47,068 nt of DNA from Candidatus Harrisonbacteria bacterium (lineage in GTDB: Bacteria > Patescibacteriota > Minisyncoccia > UBA6257 > 1-14-0-10-44-23), in assembly GCA_023255625.1 (NCBI GenBank), contig JAHFLF010000001.1, positions 357,120 through 404,187 of the forward strand, read 5' to 3'. The position numbers were made by a program, and so were the translations under genes. A model generated the notes under the pieces. That model was not told the DNA's origin, made no database searches, and saw only the letters and a list, made by a program, of their open reading frames with translations. Positions 20,302 to 28,587 of the stretch are shown in pieces; positions within the stretch are counted from its first letter, which is position 1; each line of letters opens with the position of its first letter.

Positions 20302-20857
20302 TCGCTAACACGCTAATACGGACGAATATGCCAATGGGGGGAAGCTGGAGACTCGCCACAGTAATCGCTAACACGCTAATACGGACGAATATGCCAATGG
20401 GGGAGAAAGATAGAAAAACAGCAGACCTGATCTATCCGGAGTTAAGCTATGCAATTGTTGGAATACTTTTCGAGGTAGCTAATGCCCTCCCACCTGGATT
20501 ACCGGAAAAAGATTATCAGAGGGCCTTATCTATGTTATTAACTGATAGAAAAATTAATTTCGCTCGCGAAGTCTACATTCCAATCACTCTTCTAGGAAAA
20601 CTTGTTAGTAAATATTTCGCGGATTTTGTAATAGATAATAAGATATTGCTTGAGCTCAAGGTGGGTCCAACTCTTGGTTATGCCCATGCACGGCAGACAT
20701 TAACCTGTTTACGAGCAAAAAATCTCCAATTAGGTATAATTGCCTACTTCACTAAAAATGGAGTGCAGTGTCGACGTATCGTTAACGAAAATTACAAATC
20801 CGAACCCTCTCTGACTCATTAGTGTATTAGTCTTGATTCGCATGTTAGCGATTACTG
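20296..20857. mobile_element. Family E inverted-repeat cassette carrying a GxxExxY gene
   Basis: Left arm cagtaatcgctaacacgctaat (tandemly duplicated); right arm attcgcatgttagcgattactg ending 20857. Confidence 0.65.
20391..20822 (+). CDS. GxxExxY protein (PD-(D/E)XK nuclease-like)
   Basis: LIYPELSYAIVG..GLPEKDYQRAL..ADFVIDNKILLELKV; start ATG 20391 or 20397. Confidence 0.9.
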   Translation: MPMGEKDRKTADLIYPELSYAIVGILFEVANALPPGLPEKDYQRALSMLLTDRKINFAREVYIPITLLGKLVSKYFADFVIDNKILLELKVGPTLGYAHARQTLTCLRAKNLQLGIIAYFTKNGVQCRRIVNENYKSEPSLTH

Positions 20858-20900
20858 CCACTAGAACATTTTCGTGAACACTACATGATATACTAAAGGT

Positions 20901-21581
20901 ATGCCTAGCAGAGAGGATGCGCTGCCAACACAGCAGTTTATTGATATTGAGGCCGTCGAAAACGGCGTACTTTTGTTGCGGGGAGGGAGCATGCGCCAGA
21001 TTGTCGCCGTATCGGGGCTGAATTTTGACTTAAAAAGCGAGGATGAGCAAAATGCGATTATTTTCAGCTATCAAAATTTTCTAAACTCGCTCAATTTCAC
21101 CCTGCAAATTTTTATCCATTCACGCAAAGTAAACATTGATGGCTACCTGGCCGGACTAAAGGGGATAGAGGCCGGTGAAATGCATCCGCTTCTGAAAACG
21201 CAGTTGGCGGAATACGGAGAGTTTATCCGGTCATTCGTAGCTGAAAATGCGATCATGCAAAAATCTTTCTATGTGGTTGTGCCCTATGATGTTGTCGAAA
21301 TCGGAGGTGTCTCTTCCTCGGGCGGCGCATTGAGTTTTTTAAAAAAGAAAAAATCAGTAGACCAAACCGCGCTTTCAGAAACCGAACAAAGCGAATCGCG
21401 GAAACGCAATATGGGCCAGCTCTCACAACGAGTCGAACAGGTTATTGCCGGACTACAACAAATCGGCCTGGCCAGCGAACCGCTTGAAGAACAAGCGGCA
21501 ATAGAGCTCTTCTACAATCTCTATAACCCAGAGAATGCGGAGAAGAAGGGGCTCTCGATAGATGCTGCTAGAGATAATTAG
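20901..21581 (+). CDS. VirB4/TraC-associated conserved protein (N-terminal-part-like)
   Basis: TQQFIDI..NFDLKSEDEQ..YQNFLNSLNFTLQI..FYVVVPY..LFYNLYNP; lies between prgI and virB4. Confidence 0.75.
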   Translation: MPSREDALPTQQFIDIEAVENGVLLLRGGSMRQIVAVSGLNFDLKSEDEQNAIIFSYQNFLNSLNFTLQIFIHSRKVNIDGYLAGLKGIEAGEMHPLLKTQLAEYGEFIRSFVAENAIMQKSFYVVVPYDVVEIGGVSSSGGALSFLKKKKSVDQTALSETEQSESRKRNMGQLSQRVEQVIAGLQQIGLASEPLEEQAAIELFYNLYNPENAEKKGLSIDAARDN

Positions 21582-22010
21582 ACGCTGCTAGATGCTGCTA
21601 GGGGGGCACGGAAAAACAAATGGAAAATACTTACAAAAATTTAATTGTTTGGCAGCGCGCAGTCGAACTAGTCATTGCTATCTACGAGCTTACATTTCAT
21701 TTTCCGAATTCGGAACAATATGGATTAACCTCTCAAATACGCCGTGCCGCAGTTTCGATGCCTTCAAATATAGCCGAAGGTAAAACCCGCCGCACCGGAA
21801 AAGATTTCCGTCATTTTCTAACAATGGCTTTTGCATCTGGAGCGGAACTAGAAACACAATTAATTATCGCAAAACGACTTGGTTTCGCAAAACCAGAGCT
21901 ATACTTGAAAGCTGATACTTTGCTAAACGAGGTCATGAAAATGCTAAATGTACTATTACAAAAAACAAGCGGAGTCCTAGCAGCATCTAGCAGCATCTAG
22001 CAGCATCTAT
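21558..22010. mobile_element. Family C inverted-repeat cassette carrying a four-helix-bundle gene
   Basis: Left atagatgctgctaga..tagatgctgctagg (21558-21602); right (ctagcagcat)x3 (21976-22010), overlapping the virB4 ATG. Confidence 0.65.
21620..22000 (+). CDS. Four helix bundle protein (23S rRNA IVP / TIGR02436 family)
   Basis: YKNLIVWQRA..FPNSEQYGLTSQIRRAAVSMPSNIAEG..SGAELETQL. Confidence 0.93.
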   Translation: MENTYKNLIVWQRAVELVIAIYELTFHFPNSEQYGLTSQIRRAAVSMPSNIAEGKTRRTGKDFRHFLTMAFASGAELETQLIIAKRLGFAKPELYLKADTLLNEVMKMLNVLLQKTSGVLAASSSI

Positions 22011-23721
22011 GGAAAACCAAGTCAAAAACATTATAGCTCCTGCCGGTATCGAGGTCGCCGCTGGCCATATTAAGCTCGGCAACAAATATGCCAAGACGCT
22101 CTTTATATTCAGCTATCCGCGCTATCTGTCGACCGGCTGGTTTTCACCAATCATCAACTTCCCAGATCTGCTGGACATTGCGATTTTTGTAAATCCGATT
22201 GATGCTACAACCGCGCTTAAACAACTGCGCCGAAAAGCCACGCAAATTGAAGCGCAATTAATTGAAAAGCAGGAGAAGGGGCTGATCCGCGATCCAATTT
22301 TAGAAACCGCCCAGCAGGACATTGAGTCTCTACGCGACGCGCTTCAGCAGGCGCGCGAAAGTATGTTCGCGACCTCGGTCTACATTACTCTGTACGCCGA
22401 CGATCTGGATAAGCTTGAGAAGTTGGAAGGTAAAATTACCAACATGCTGGAAACTCGACTGATCTATGTCAAACCAACCTCCTTTCAACAAGTTGAGGCG
22501 GTTAATTCCGTTTTCCCGCTTTGCAAAGACCGCGTGAACATAACCACCCTGCTCAACTCGGGCCCGATCTCCTCATTTTTCCCGTTCATCTCGCTGAACA
22601 TGACCAGCGACTCTGGGATTCTGTACGGTGTAAACCGACACAACAATACGCTGGTAATTTTTGACCGCTTCTCGCTAGAAAATGCCAACATGGTCATCTT
22701 CGCCAAATCCGGATCCGGTAAATCATATGCGGCCAAGCTCGAGGCGTTGCGACTGCTCATGACCGGCACCGATGTCATAATTATTGATCCGGAGAATGAG
22801 TACGAAAAATTGGCAACCGCAGTTGGCGGCAGCTACTTCAAAATCGCCCTGGCCTCGGAGCACCACATTAATCCCTTTGAAATTCCGGCGATTCCAAAAG
22901 ATGAAGATCCGGCGGAGACGCTGCGTAGCCATATTGTTGTCTTGACTGGGCTGATTAAACTTATGGTCGGGGAGACGACTCCGGAGGAGGAGACCATAAT
23001 CGACCGCGGACTAAACGAGGCGTATGCCAGCCGTGAAATTATCCCGGGCAAAGACTTTAGCAACGCTACCCCACCGCTCCTCAAAGACCTGGAGACAATT
23101 TTCCGTAATATGGAGGGGGGTAATTCGCTGGCAGAACGGCTCTATCGATTCACCGAGGGCAGCTTTGCCGGCTTTACCAATCAGCCGACCAGCATTGATC
23201 TGCGTAACCGTTTGATTGTTTTCTCGATTCGCGATCTGGAAGAGGAGCTGCGCCCGATTGCTATGTACATCGTGTTGAACTTTATCTGGTCGCTGATCCG
23301 CGGAGACTTTAAAAAACGCGTAGTGATGATTGATGAGGCCTGGATACTAATGAAAAACCGCGACAGCGCCACCTTCTTGTTTGGACTGGTCAAACGCGCC
23401 CGCAAATATTTTCTGGGTATTACAACAATCACGCAGGATGTTGAAGATTTTCTGCTCTCGCCTTATGGCCGACCAATTCTGACCAACTCCAGCTTACAGT
23501 TACTGCTTAAGCAGGCCCCGGCGATGATGGACACAATTTCGAAAACCTTTAATCTCTCGGAGGGGGAGCGGCAGCTTTTAATCGAAGCCAATGTGGGTCA
23601 AGGACTTTTCTTCGCGGGCAGCAACCATGTGGCTATCCAAATCGTCGCCAGCTATCCGGAGCACCAACTCATCACTACAAATCCGGAGGAGCTATTGCAA
23701 CAGCAAAATCTGATACAATGA
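22009..23721 (+). CDS. virB4: VirB4-like type IV secretion/conjugation ATPase
   Basis: AKSGSGKS Walker A, IIDPENEY, INPF, MIDEAW Walker B, KRARKY..ITQ. Confidence 0.88.
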   Translation: MENQVKNIIAPAGIEVAAGHIKLGNKYAKTLFIFSYPRYLSTGWFSPIINFPDLLDIAIFVNPIDATTALKQLRRKATQIEAQLIEKQEKGLIRDPILETAQQDIESLRDALQQARESMFATSVYITLYADDLDKLEKLEGKITNMLETRLIYVKPTSFQQVEAVNSVFPLCKDRVNITTLLNSGPISSFFPFISLNMTSDSGILYGVNRHNNTLVIFDRFSLENANMVIFAKSGSGKSYAAKLEALRLLMTGTDVIIIDPENEYEKLATAVGGSYFKIALASEHHINPFEIPAIPKDEDPAETLRSHIVVLTGLIKLMVGETTPEEETIIDRGLNEAYASREIIPGKDFSNATPPLLKDLETIFRNMEGGNSLAERLYRFTEGSFAGFTNQPTSIDLRNRLIVFSIRDLEEELRPIAMYIVLNFIWSLIRGDFKKRVVMIDEAWILMKNRDSATFLFGLVKRARKYFLGITTITQDVEDFLLSPYGRPILTNSSLQLLLKQAPAMMDTISKTFNLSEGERQLLIEANVGQGLFFAGSNHVAIQIVASYPEHQLITTNPEELLQQQNLIQ

Positions 23722-23725
23722 AATC

Positions 23726-24430
23726 ATGAAATTAAGGCCTTTGCTCAAATTCGCATTATTCGCTATTAGCGCATTAGCGCTTACTCTGGTTACTCCTGTT
23801 TTTGCACAAACAACCGTGCCGAAACCGCCTCCGATCAAAATCGATTTCGTTCTCACCTGGCAGGCGCAAACCACCGCCCCGCAAGGGTATACCGGCAAGA
23901 TACTGCCGGCGCGCGGGACTAAAATCAAGGTCTTTGCCCAGCCGATGTCCGACGATAAACCGGTTGATCTAACTGGATATGAAATTAGTTGGACAGTTAA
24001 TGGCGTACCTCTGCCGCAGGAGCAGAATAAAAAATCAATTCAGTTTATGGCCGGCCTATATGGCGCCTCACAATACAATGTCGCCGTAAGAGCCCGCCAG
24101 GAAAACACAATTGTCGGTCAAACAACGATTACGATACCAATTGTTGCCCCTAAAGTGATTATTGATATCCCATATCCAAACCAAATTACTCCGCGGGAAG
24201 ATGTCCTGCTGCGCGCCCTGCTCTATTTTCTGCCAGAGGAAACAGCGCGAAGGGCCCGAGTATCTTGGATGATTAACGGAGTAAATATCTCTGCAGAGGA
24301 CACTTTTGGTGATTTACTAAATACCTCTTTTGACGGCAAGGCGTCAGACATACCGGTTTCAGTTTCGGTAAGAAACGGCGATACCCGCGAGATCGTGGCG
24401 AATGCACTAACTCACATTTCTATTCAATAA
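23726..24430 (+). CDS. Hypothetical secreted beta-rich (Ig-like) protein
   Basis: Signal peptide ending VFA; LTWQA...YTGKILP and WTVNG/WMING repeats. Confidence 0.75.
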   Translation: MKLRPLLKFALFAISALALTLVTPVFAQTTVPKPPPIKIDFVLTWQAQTTAPQGYTGKILPARGTKIKVFAQPMSDDKPVDLTGYEISWTVNGVPLPQEQNKKSIQFMAGLYGASQYNVAVRARQENTIVGQTTITIPIVAPKVIIDIPYPNQITPREDVLLRALLYFLPEETARRARVSWMINGVNISAEDTFGDLLNTSFDGKASDIPVSVSVRNGDTREIVANALTHISIQ

Positions 24431-24434
24431 TTCT

Positions 24435-25241
24435 ATGCGCCGCATTTTGATCCCATTCTCATTATTCACTGTTAGCATATTGGCAGCTGCTCCGGTTTTG
24501 GCGCAGAAATTGCTTGTCCCCGTCGGCGGAGTCAGCACGGTTGATGTTGGTTTACCGGCATACATCGAAGCCATTTACACCTGGGGGATTGGAGCGGCGG
24601 CGCTTCTGGCAGTTTTAATGCTGGTTTTTGGCGGCGTGCAGTATGTTCTTTCTGCCGGTTCATTTGTTGAAAACGAGGCGGGCAAAGAAAGGATTAAGTC
24701 AGCAATTTATGGAATTATTATCCTGCTTTGCGCCTCACTAATTCTCGCGCTGGTCAATAGAAAGCTGACTAACCTTTCGCTGGATTCCATCCCAGAAAAT
24801 GCCCTGGGAGAAGTAACGAGCCAGATCACAAAACTACAAGCGCAGGCAATGGCGCGACAAATTGCACAACATCCGGACTCGACGGAAGATGAAAATGGCC
24901 GGGCCAGATTAAGATCTAATTTAGAAAAGCTAGAACAGTCCCTGGCAAAGAATGATATCTCGCAGCAAGAATTTTCTGATGCACTCGATGGCGCAGCCAG
25001 ATCAATTAATGAATATTTTCAAAGTCGGGCGTTTTTTGAAGAAACAAAAAATGGTGTTACTGCATACAACCAAAGAATCGGCTTACCTGTACCCACAGAT
25101 CGAGAAGTCTTTGAGGTCGTAAGGGCGCGCAAAGAAGACGCATATCAAAATGTCATTAGTTGGCTGAGCAACAAGGAACATAGGTCAATAAGAAATGAAC
25201 TTGAACTTATTCGAACAGAAACGCAAACAACTAAGGAATAA
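24435..25241 (+). CDS. CPR-type T4SS pilin (VirB2/TrbC-like) domain protein with C-terminal extension
   Basis: Signal peptide; LAVLMLVFGGVQYVLSAG..GKERIKSAIYGIIILL..LVN. Confidence 0.75.
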   Translation: MRRILIPFSLFTVSILAAAPVLAQKLLVPVGGVSTVDVGLPAYIEAIYTWGIGAAALLAVLMLVFGGVQYVLSAGSFVENEAGKERIKSAIYGIIILLCASLILALVNRKLTNLSLDSIPENALGEVTSQITKLQAQAMARQIAQHPDSTEDENGRARLRSNLEKLEQSLAKNDISQQEFSDALDGAARSINEYFQSRAFFEETKNGVTAYNQRIGLPVPTDREVFEVVRARKEDAYQNVISWLSNKEHRSIRNELELIRTETQTTKE

Positions 25242-26362
25242 TGAAAAAAACTTACTGGCTCCTCATTATTATAGTATTCATCATCGCCGCCGCGATCGGC
25301 TATTGGTTTTGGCAAAAAAATCCAACGCCGCTGCCCGCAGATCAAGCGACCTCGACAGTCCCGCTCTTACCGAGCGATTTCCTGCCTGGATCTGGGGATG
25401 ATGCGGCCGCGACAAACAGTGGCGTTTCACCGATGGTCTTAACCGACCACGCTGTTTCTGATTACTGGATAGATGCAGCAGACATGACTTTGTATACAGT
25501 AACCGCAGACGGCATAGTCAGTAACACTCCTTATGGTGGTGGAGAAGAAATAACTTATGATGGCGACGGCCGGCCACTTATATCAGCGCAGCCATCAGCA
25601 CGCGGCGACCTAGTCCTGCTGACCACTGGAACAAGAACGGCTCCAACCGTAGCGTTAGTTAATGTGATTACGGGTAAACGGACATTCCTGCCAACACTCA
25701 CAAAAGCCGCCGGCTGGCATCCAAACGGAAAGGACATAGTGTATTTGCGCGACGGTGATTCCAAAAATACCGCGGGGTTATATATATACAATGTGGCCAA
25801 GGGTAGTTCCGGGCTGCTCTCTCCGATCAACATTCAGGATGTCCATCTTGAGCCACAACACAAAAACGCAATCACTATCACAGAACCGACCACCCTACTG
25901 GCTAATGTCTCCAACTGGAGCTTTAATCTGAACGAAAAAACTCTAACTCCGATTGTGCCGGCACAGCCGGGACTGCTGATGAGTTGGCATCCTAATTTAA
26001 CCGGCGAGGGACTTATATTTACGCCAAAAACCGGTCTGGTGCTTGTCTCGAAACAGGGCAAGACGACTCCATTGGCGATCATGGCCCTACCGGAAAAATG
26101 CGGCTTTGGTGTCGCCGGCATGTTGTATTGCGCTGTACCAAATAAAACGCCAAAAGGGCTGCCGGACAGCTATTTGCAGCGGAGCATCTATACAACCGAC
26201 TCGCTGGTCGCGATAACTGCGGACGGAAAAACAAAATCGCTGTGGAACAGCGACATTGAGGGCCAGCCATTTGACGCTGATAATTTACGCGTCTCCGGCA
26301 AAACTATTTACTTCATCAATAGATACGACGGCTACCTTTATTCGCTCTCGCTGGTTAATTAG
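25241..26362 (+). CDS. Hypothetical membrane-anchored beta-propeller-like protein
   Basis: N-terminal TM; repeated beta-strands; ALPEKC..LYCAVP and YFINRYDGYLYSL motifs. Confidence 0.75.
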   Translation: MKKTYWLLIIIVFIIAAAIGYWFWQKNPTPLPADQATSTVPLLPSDFLPGSGDDAAATNSGVSPMVLTDHAVSDYWIDAADMTLYTVTADGIVSNTPYGGGEEITYDGDGRPLISAQPSARGDLVLLTTGTRTAPTVALVNVITGKRTFLPTLTKAAGWHPNGKDIVYLRDGDSKNTAGLYIYNVAKGSSGLLSPINIQDVHLEPQHKNAITITEPTTLLANVSNWSFNLNEKTLTPIVPAQPGLLMSWHPNLTGEGLIFTPKTGLVLVSKQGKTTPLAIMALPEKCGFGVAGMLYCAVPNKTPKGLPDSYLQRSIYTTDSLVAITADGKTKSLWNSDIEGQPFDADNLRVSGKTIYFINRYDGYLYSLSLVN

Positions 26363-26459
26363 TTAGTTCGTTAGCTGGTTAGTTGGTTAGTTGGTGAAAG
26401 GCAGGTGACAAATTTTGTTGCCTCGCCAACTAACCAACTAACTAAGCAACCAACTAACC
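26353..26459. repeat. Junction inverted repeat, family D, between convergent genes
   Basis: Left gttagttcgttagctggttagttgg; right ccaactaaccaactaactaagcaaccaactaacc. Confidence 0.85.
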
Positions 26460-26465
26460 TCCCCG

Positions 26466-26894
26466 TTAGATCGGTTTAATCACTACACCCCGATCCTTGC
26501 CCTCGCCAATACTTTCTGTCTTAACATCCGGCCGCATCGAAAGCTCTACATGAACCAGCCGCCGTTCATAGGCGTTCATTGCCGGCAACCGAACCTCTTC
26601 TTTGTTAGTAACTACTTTTTGCGCAGCGGCTTTAGCAATTTCTATTATCAACTTCTCGCGCTCCTTCCGGTAGTTGTTAATATCAACTACATACGATACC
26701 TCTCCGGTTTTGCGAGCCAGCAAAGCGGCAAAATATTTGAGTTCCTTAACTAGTTCCGGCAGCTGTGCCGTAAACCACTCATCCTCATCGGTGGTTACGC
26801 TCACGCGACGCCCCGGCTCATCAATCTCCACGGTTGCATTGCGCAGTTGGAGGAAACCGATAATTTTTTTTAATTTTTCTGGGAGGGTCTCCAT
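26466..26894 (-). CDS. Jag/KhpB-like R3H domain protein (short)
   Basis: VVDINNYRKERE..LPAMNAYERRLVH..TESIGEG; lies downstream of yidC. Confidence 0.85.
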   Translation of the reverse strand: METLPEKLKKIIGFLQLRNATVEIDEPGRRVSVTTDEDEWFTAQLPELVKELKYFAALLARKTGEVSYVVDINNYRKEREKLIIEIAKAAAQKVVTNKEEVRLPAMNAYERRLVHVELSMRPDVKTESIGEGKDRGVVIKPI

Positions 26895-26935
26895 ACAGTA
26901 CAGTAATCGCTAACATGCAAATTAAGACTAATACG

Positions 26936-27682
26936 CTAATGAGATCCTGAAACTATTCGCTTATTCGGCACATTCACATTATCCGACTCTCGCCGACTTA
27001 TCTGCTTATTAATGCTGTACTGCTGGAATATAGAGAAAATCGCGGTAGTTGTCCAGTAAAGTCCAATAGCGGCCGCGAGTTTCGGCAAGATCACTAGTGT
27101 TAGTATCGGAGCCAGATAGGCCATATATTTTGTCGCTGCTCCGCCGGGGGCGTTTGCACCGCCCCGAGCCGCTGCTTGTTTGGCCAGCATGTGGCTCTGC
27201 AAAAAATTGGCGATCGTGGCAATAATAACGATTATCCAGCTTGGGTGGCTAACATCGAGCACACCGAGAAAAAGGGAATTGATGCTCTCCGGCGCCGGGA
27301 TAAAAGAATACAAATCCTTCAAACTTTCGACCGTAACACCAGTCAAAAAAATCCGATATACTGCGAAAAGAATCGGCAACTGAATTAAAGTATAAAAAAT
27401 CGAGGAGAACGGGTTGGTTTGATGCTCTTTGTAAAGCGCCATCATCTGCTGGGCCTGTTTCTGCTTATCCTGTTTGTGTTCCTGCTGGATCCGCTTCATC
27501 TCCGGCTGCATCCGCTGCATGACCATCTGACTCTTGATGCCTTTATAGAAAATCGGATAGAGTACGAGCCGGATGGCGATTGTGAGGGCGATAATTGCCA
27601 GCCCTAAGTCGCCAAAGGTAACATAGTTGTAAAAGACGATTAGAAGATTGAAAAGCGGCTGGATTAGGATGGTATGGAACAT
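26936..27682 (-). CDS. yidC: Membrane protein insertase YidC/Oxa1
   Basis: GLAIIALTIAIRLVLYP, MQPEMKRIQ, LYKEHQTNP, IQLPI, LYWTT..FSIFQQ. Confidence 0.95.
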   Translation of the reverse strand: MFHTILIQPLFNLLIVFYNYVTFGDLGLAIIALTIAIRLVLYPIFYKGIKSQMVMQRMQPEMKRIQQEHKQDKQKQAQQMMALYKEHQTNPFSSIFYTLIQLPILFAVYRIFLTGVTVESLKDLYSFIPAPESINSLFLGVLDVSHPSWIIVIIATIANFLQSHMLAKQAAARGGANAPGGAATKYMAYLAPILTLVILPKLAAAIGLYWTTTAIFSIFQQYSINKQISRRESDNVNVPNKRIVSGSH

Positions 27683-27727
27683 GATGAGTAATCGCAAAGA
27701 CGCAGTAGCGAATAATGCTAATAAATC

Positions 27728-28039
27728 TTATCCTATTAAATCACGCAATTCATCTATAATAGCATGTTTATCGGCATCGCGCGCGGGCGGCTGCACGATC
27801 AAAATTAGATCAAATTTTGCCCCAGAGCGGACATAACCGGCCAGAGCATCATAGATAAATCTTTTAATAACATTGCGCCGGCTGGCTAGCTTGTGAACGC
27901 GCAAACCGATAACAACGCCAACCCTTGGATGCTCTGCCCCAGCCGGCAAAAATTTAATCCAACAATACCTGCCCCGAATTACCCGGCCTCCTGCCCGGAG
28001 CGTTGTTTGAATCTTGAGTCGATACTTTTTAGCCAACAT
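27728..28039 (-). CDS. rnpA: Ribonuclease P protein component
   Basis: MLAKKYRL, RVGVVIG..KLASRRNVIKR; synteny with rpmH and yidC. Confidence 0.9.
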   Translation of the reverse strand: MLAKKYRLKIQTTLRAGGRVIRGRYCWIKFLPAGAEHPRVGVVIGLRVHKLASRRNVIKRFIYDALAGYVRSGAKFDLILIVQPPARDADKHAIIDELRDLIG

Positions 28040-28052
28040 GTATTCCGGTAAA

Positions 28053-28157
28053 CGGTTAGTCAGTCGACAGTTAGTCAGCAGGAGGGAACGGCTTGATTGT
28101 CAGGAGTGGGTTCCTGAATTAAACCGGCTAACCGTCGACCGACTAACTGATAACTGA
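28053..28157. repeat. Junction inverted repeat, family F (GTTAGTCAGTCGAC)
   Basis: cggttagtcagtcgacagttagtcagc / ggctaaccgtcgaccgactaactgataactga, between rpmH and rnpA. Confidence 0.75.
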
Positions 28158-28292
28158 TTATACCGAGAGTTTCTTGCGGCCCTTCGCGCGCCGGCGCTTA
28201 AGAACGCGCCGCCCGTACAGAGTCCGACTACGCTTCAGAAAACCATGTGTTCGTGCTCGCTTGCGTTTCTTGGGTTGGTAAGTTTTGCTCAT
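28158..28292 (-). CDS. rpmH: 50S ribosomal protein L34 (missed by ORF track, 44 aa)
   Basis: Translates to [44 protein letters not shown]. Confidence 0.97.
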   Translation of the reverse strand: MSKTYQPKKRKRARTHGFLKRSRTLYGRRVLKRRRAKGRKKLSV

Positions 28293-28425
28293 TGCATCTA
28301 TGATGGCCCGGATTGCTTTAATGGCCGTTAGTTTTGATACGATGCATAATACAAGGAAAGAAATGAAAAAGCAAATCAGAAAAATTTAGATTCCTATTGC
28401 TCTTTGTCTGGCAGTTGCAGTACAC

Positions 28426-28493
28426 TTATCCACACCCCGTCCACACTTTGTTCGAAAATCGGGGTTTGACGGCTGGCCGCAGCCAGCTAAACT
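28426..28493 (+). promoter_or_regulatory. DnaA box and putative dnaA promoter
   Basis: TTATCCACA at 28426-28434; TTGACG (28466)-16 nt-TAAACT (28488). Confidence 0.6.
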
Positions 28494-28499
28494 GAAAAC

Positions 28500-28586
28500 C
28501 AGTCCTCGCTACTTCGCTAATAAAAAAGTGGAAGCCGATAAAAAATATTTGTATATTAGTCTTAATTAGCATGTTAGCGAATACTG
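28500..28586. repeat. Junction inverted repeat, family E, in the dnaA leader
   Basis: Degenerate left arm cagtcctcgctacttcgctaat; right arm attagcatgttagcgaatactg ends 1 nt before ATG 28588. Confidence 0.7.
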
Positions 28587-28587
28587 T

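Noticed and set aside
19464-20390. Extended N-termini in the ORF track (19464, 20187; likewise 8640, 39085, 41571)
   Set aside because: The extensions translate repeat arms, promoters or overlapping genes; downstream ATGs fit the family starts.
19518-22000. The two four-helix-bundle genes as DGR avd genes
   Set aside because: They carry the IVP-type QxRRAAxSxxxNIAE motif, and there is no TR, VR or RT nearby.
13913-26362. Integrative conjugative element or prophage
   Set aside because: No integrase, relaxase, att repeats or phage structural genes are visible.
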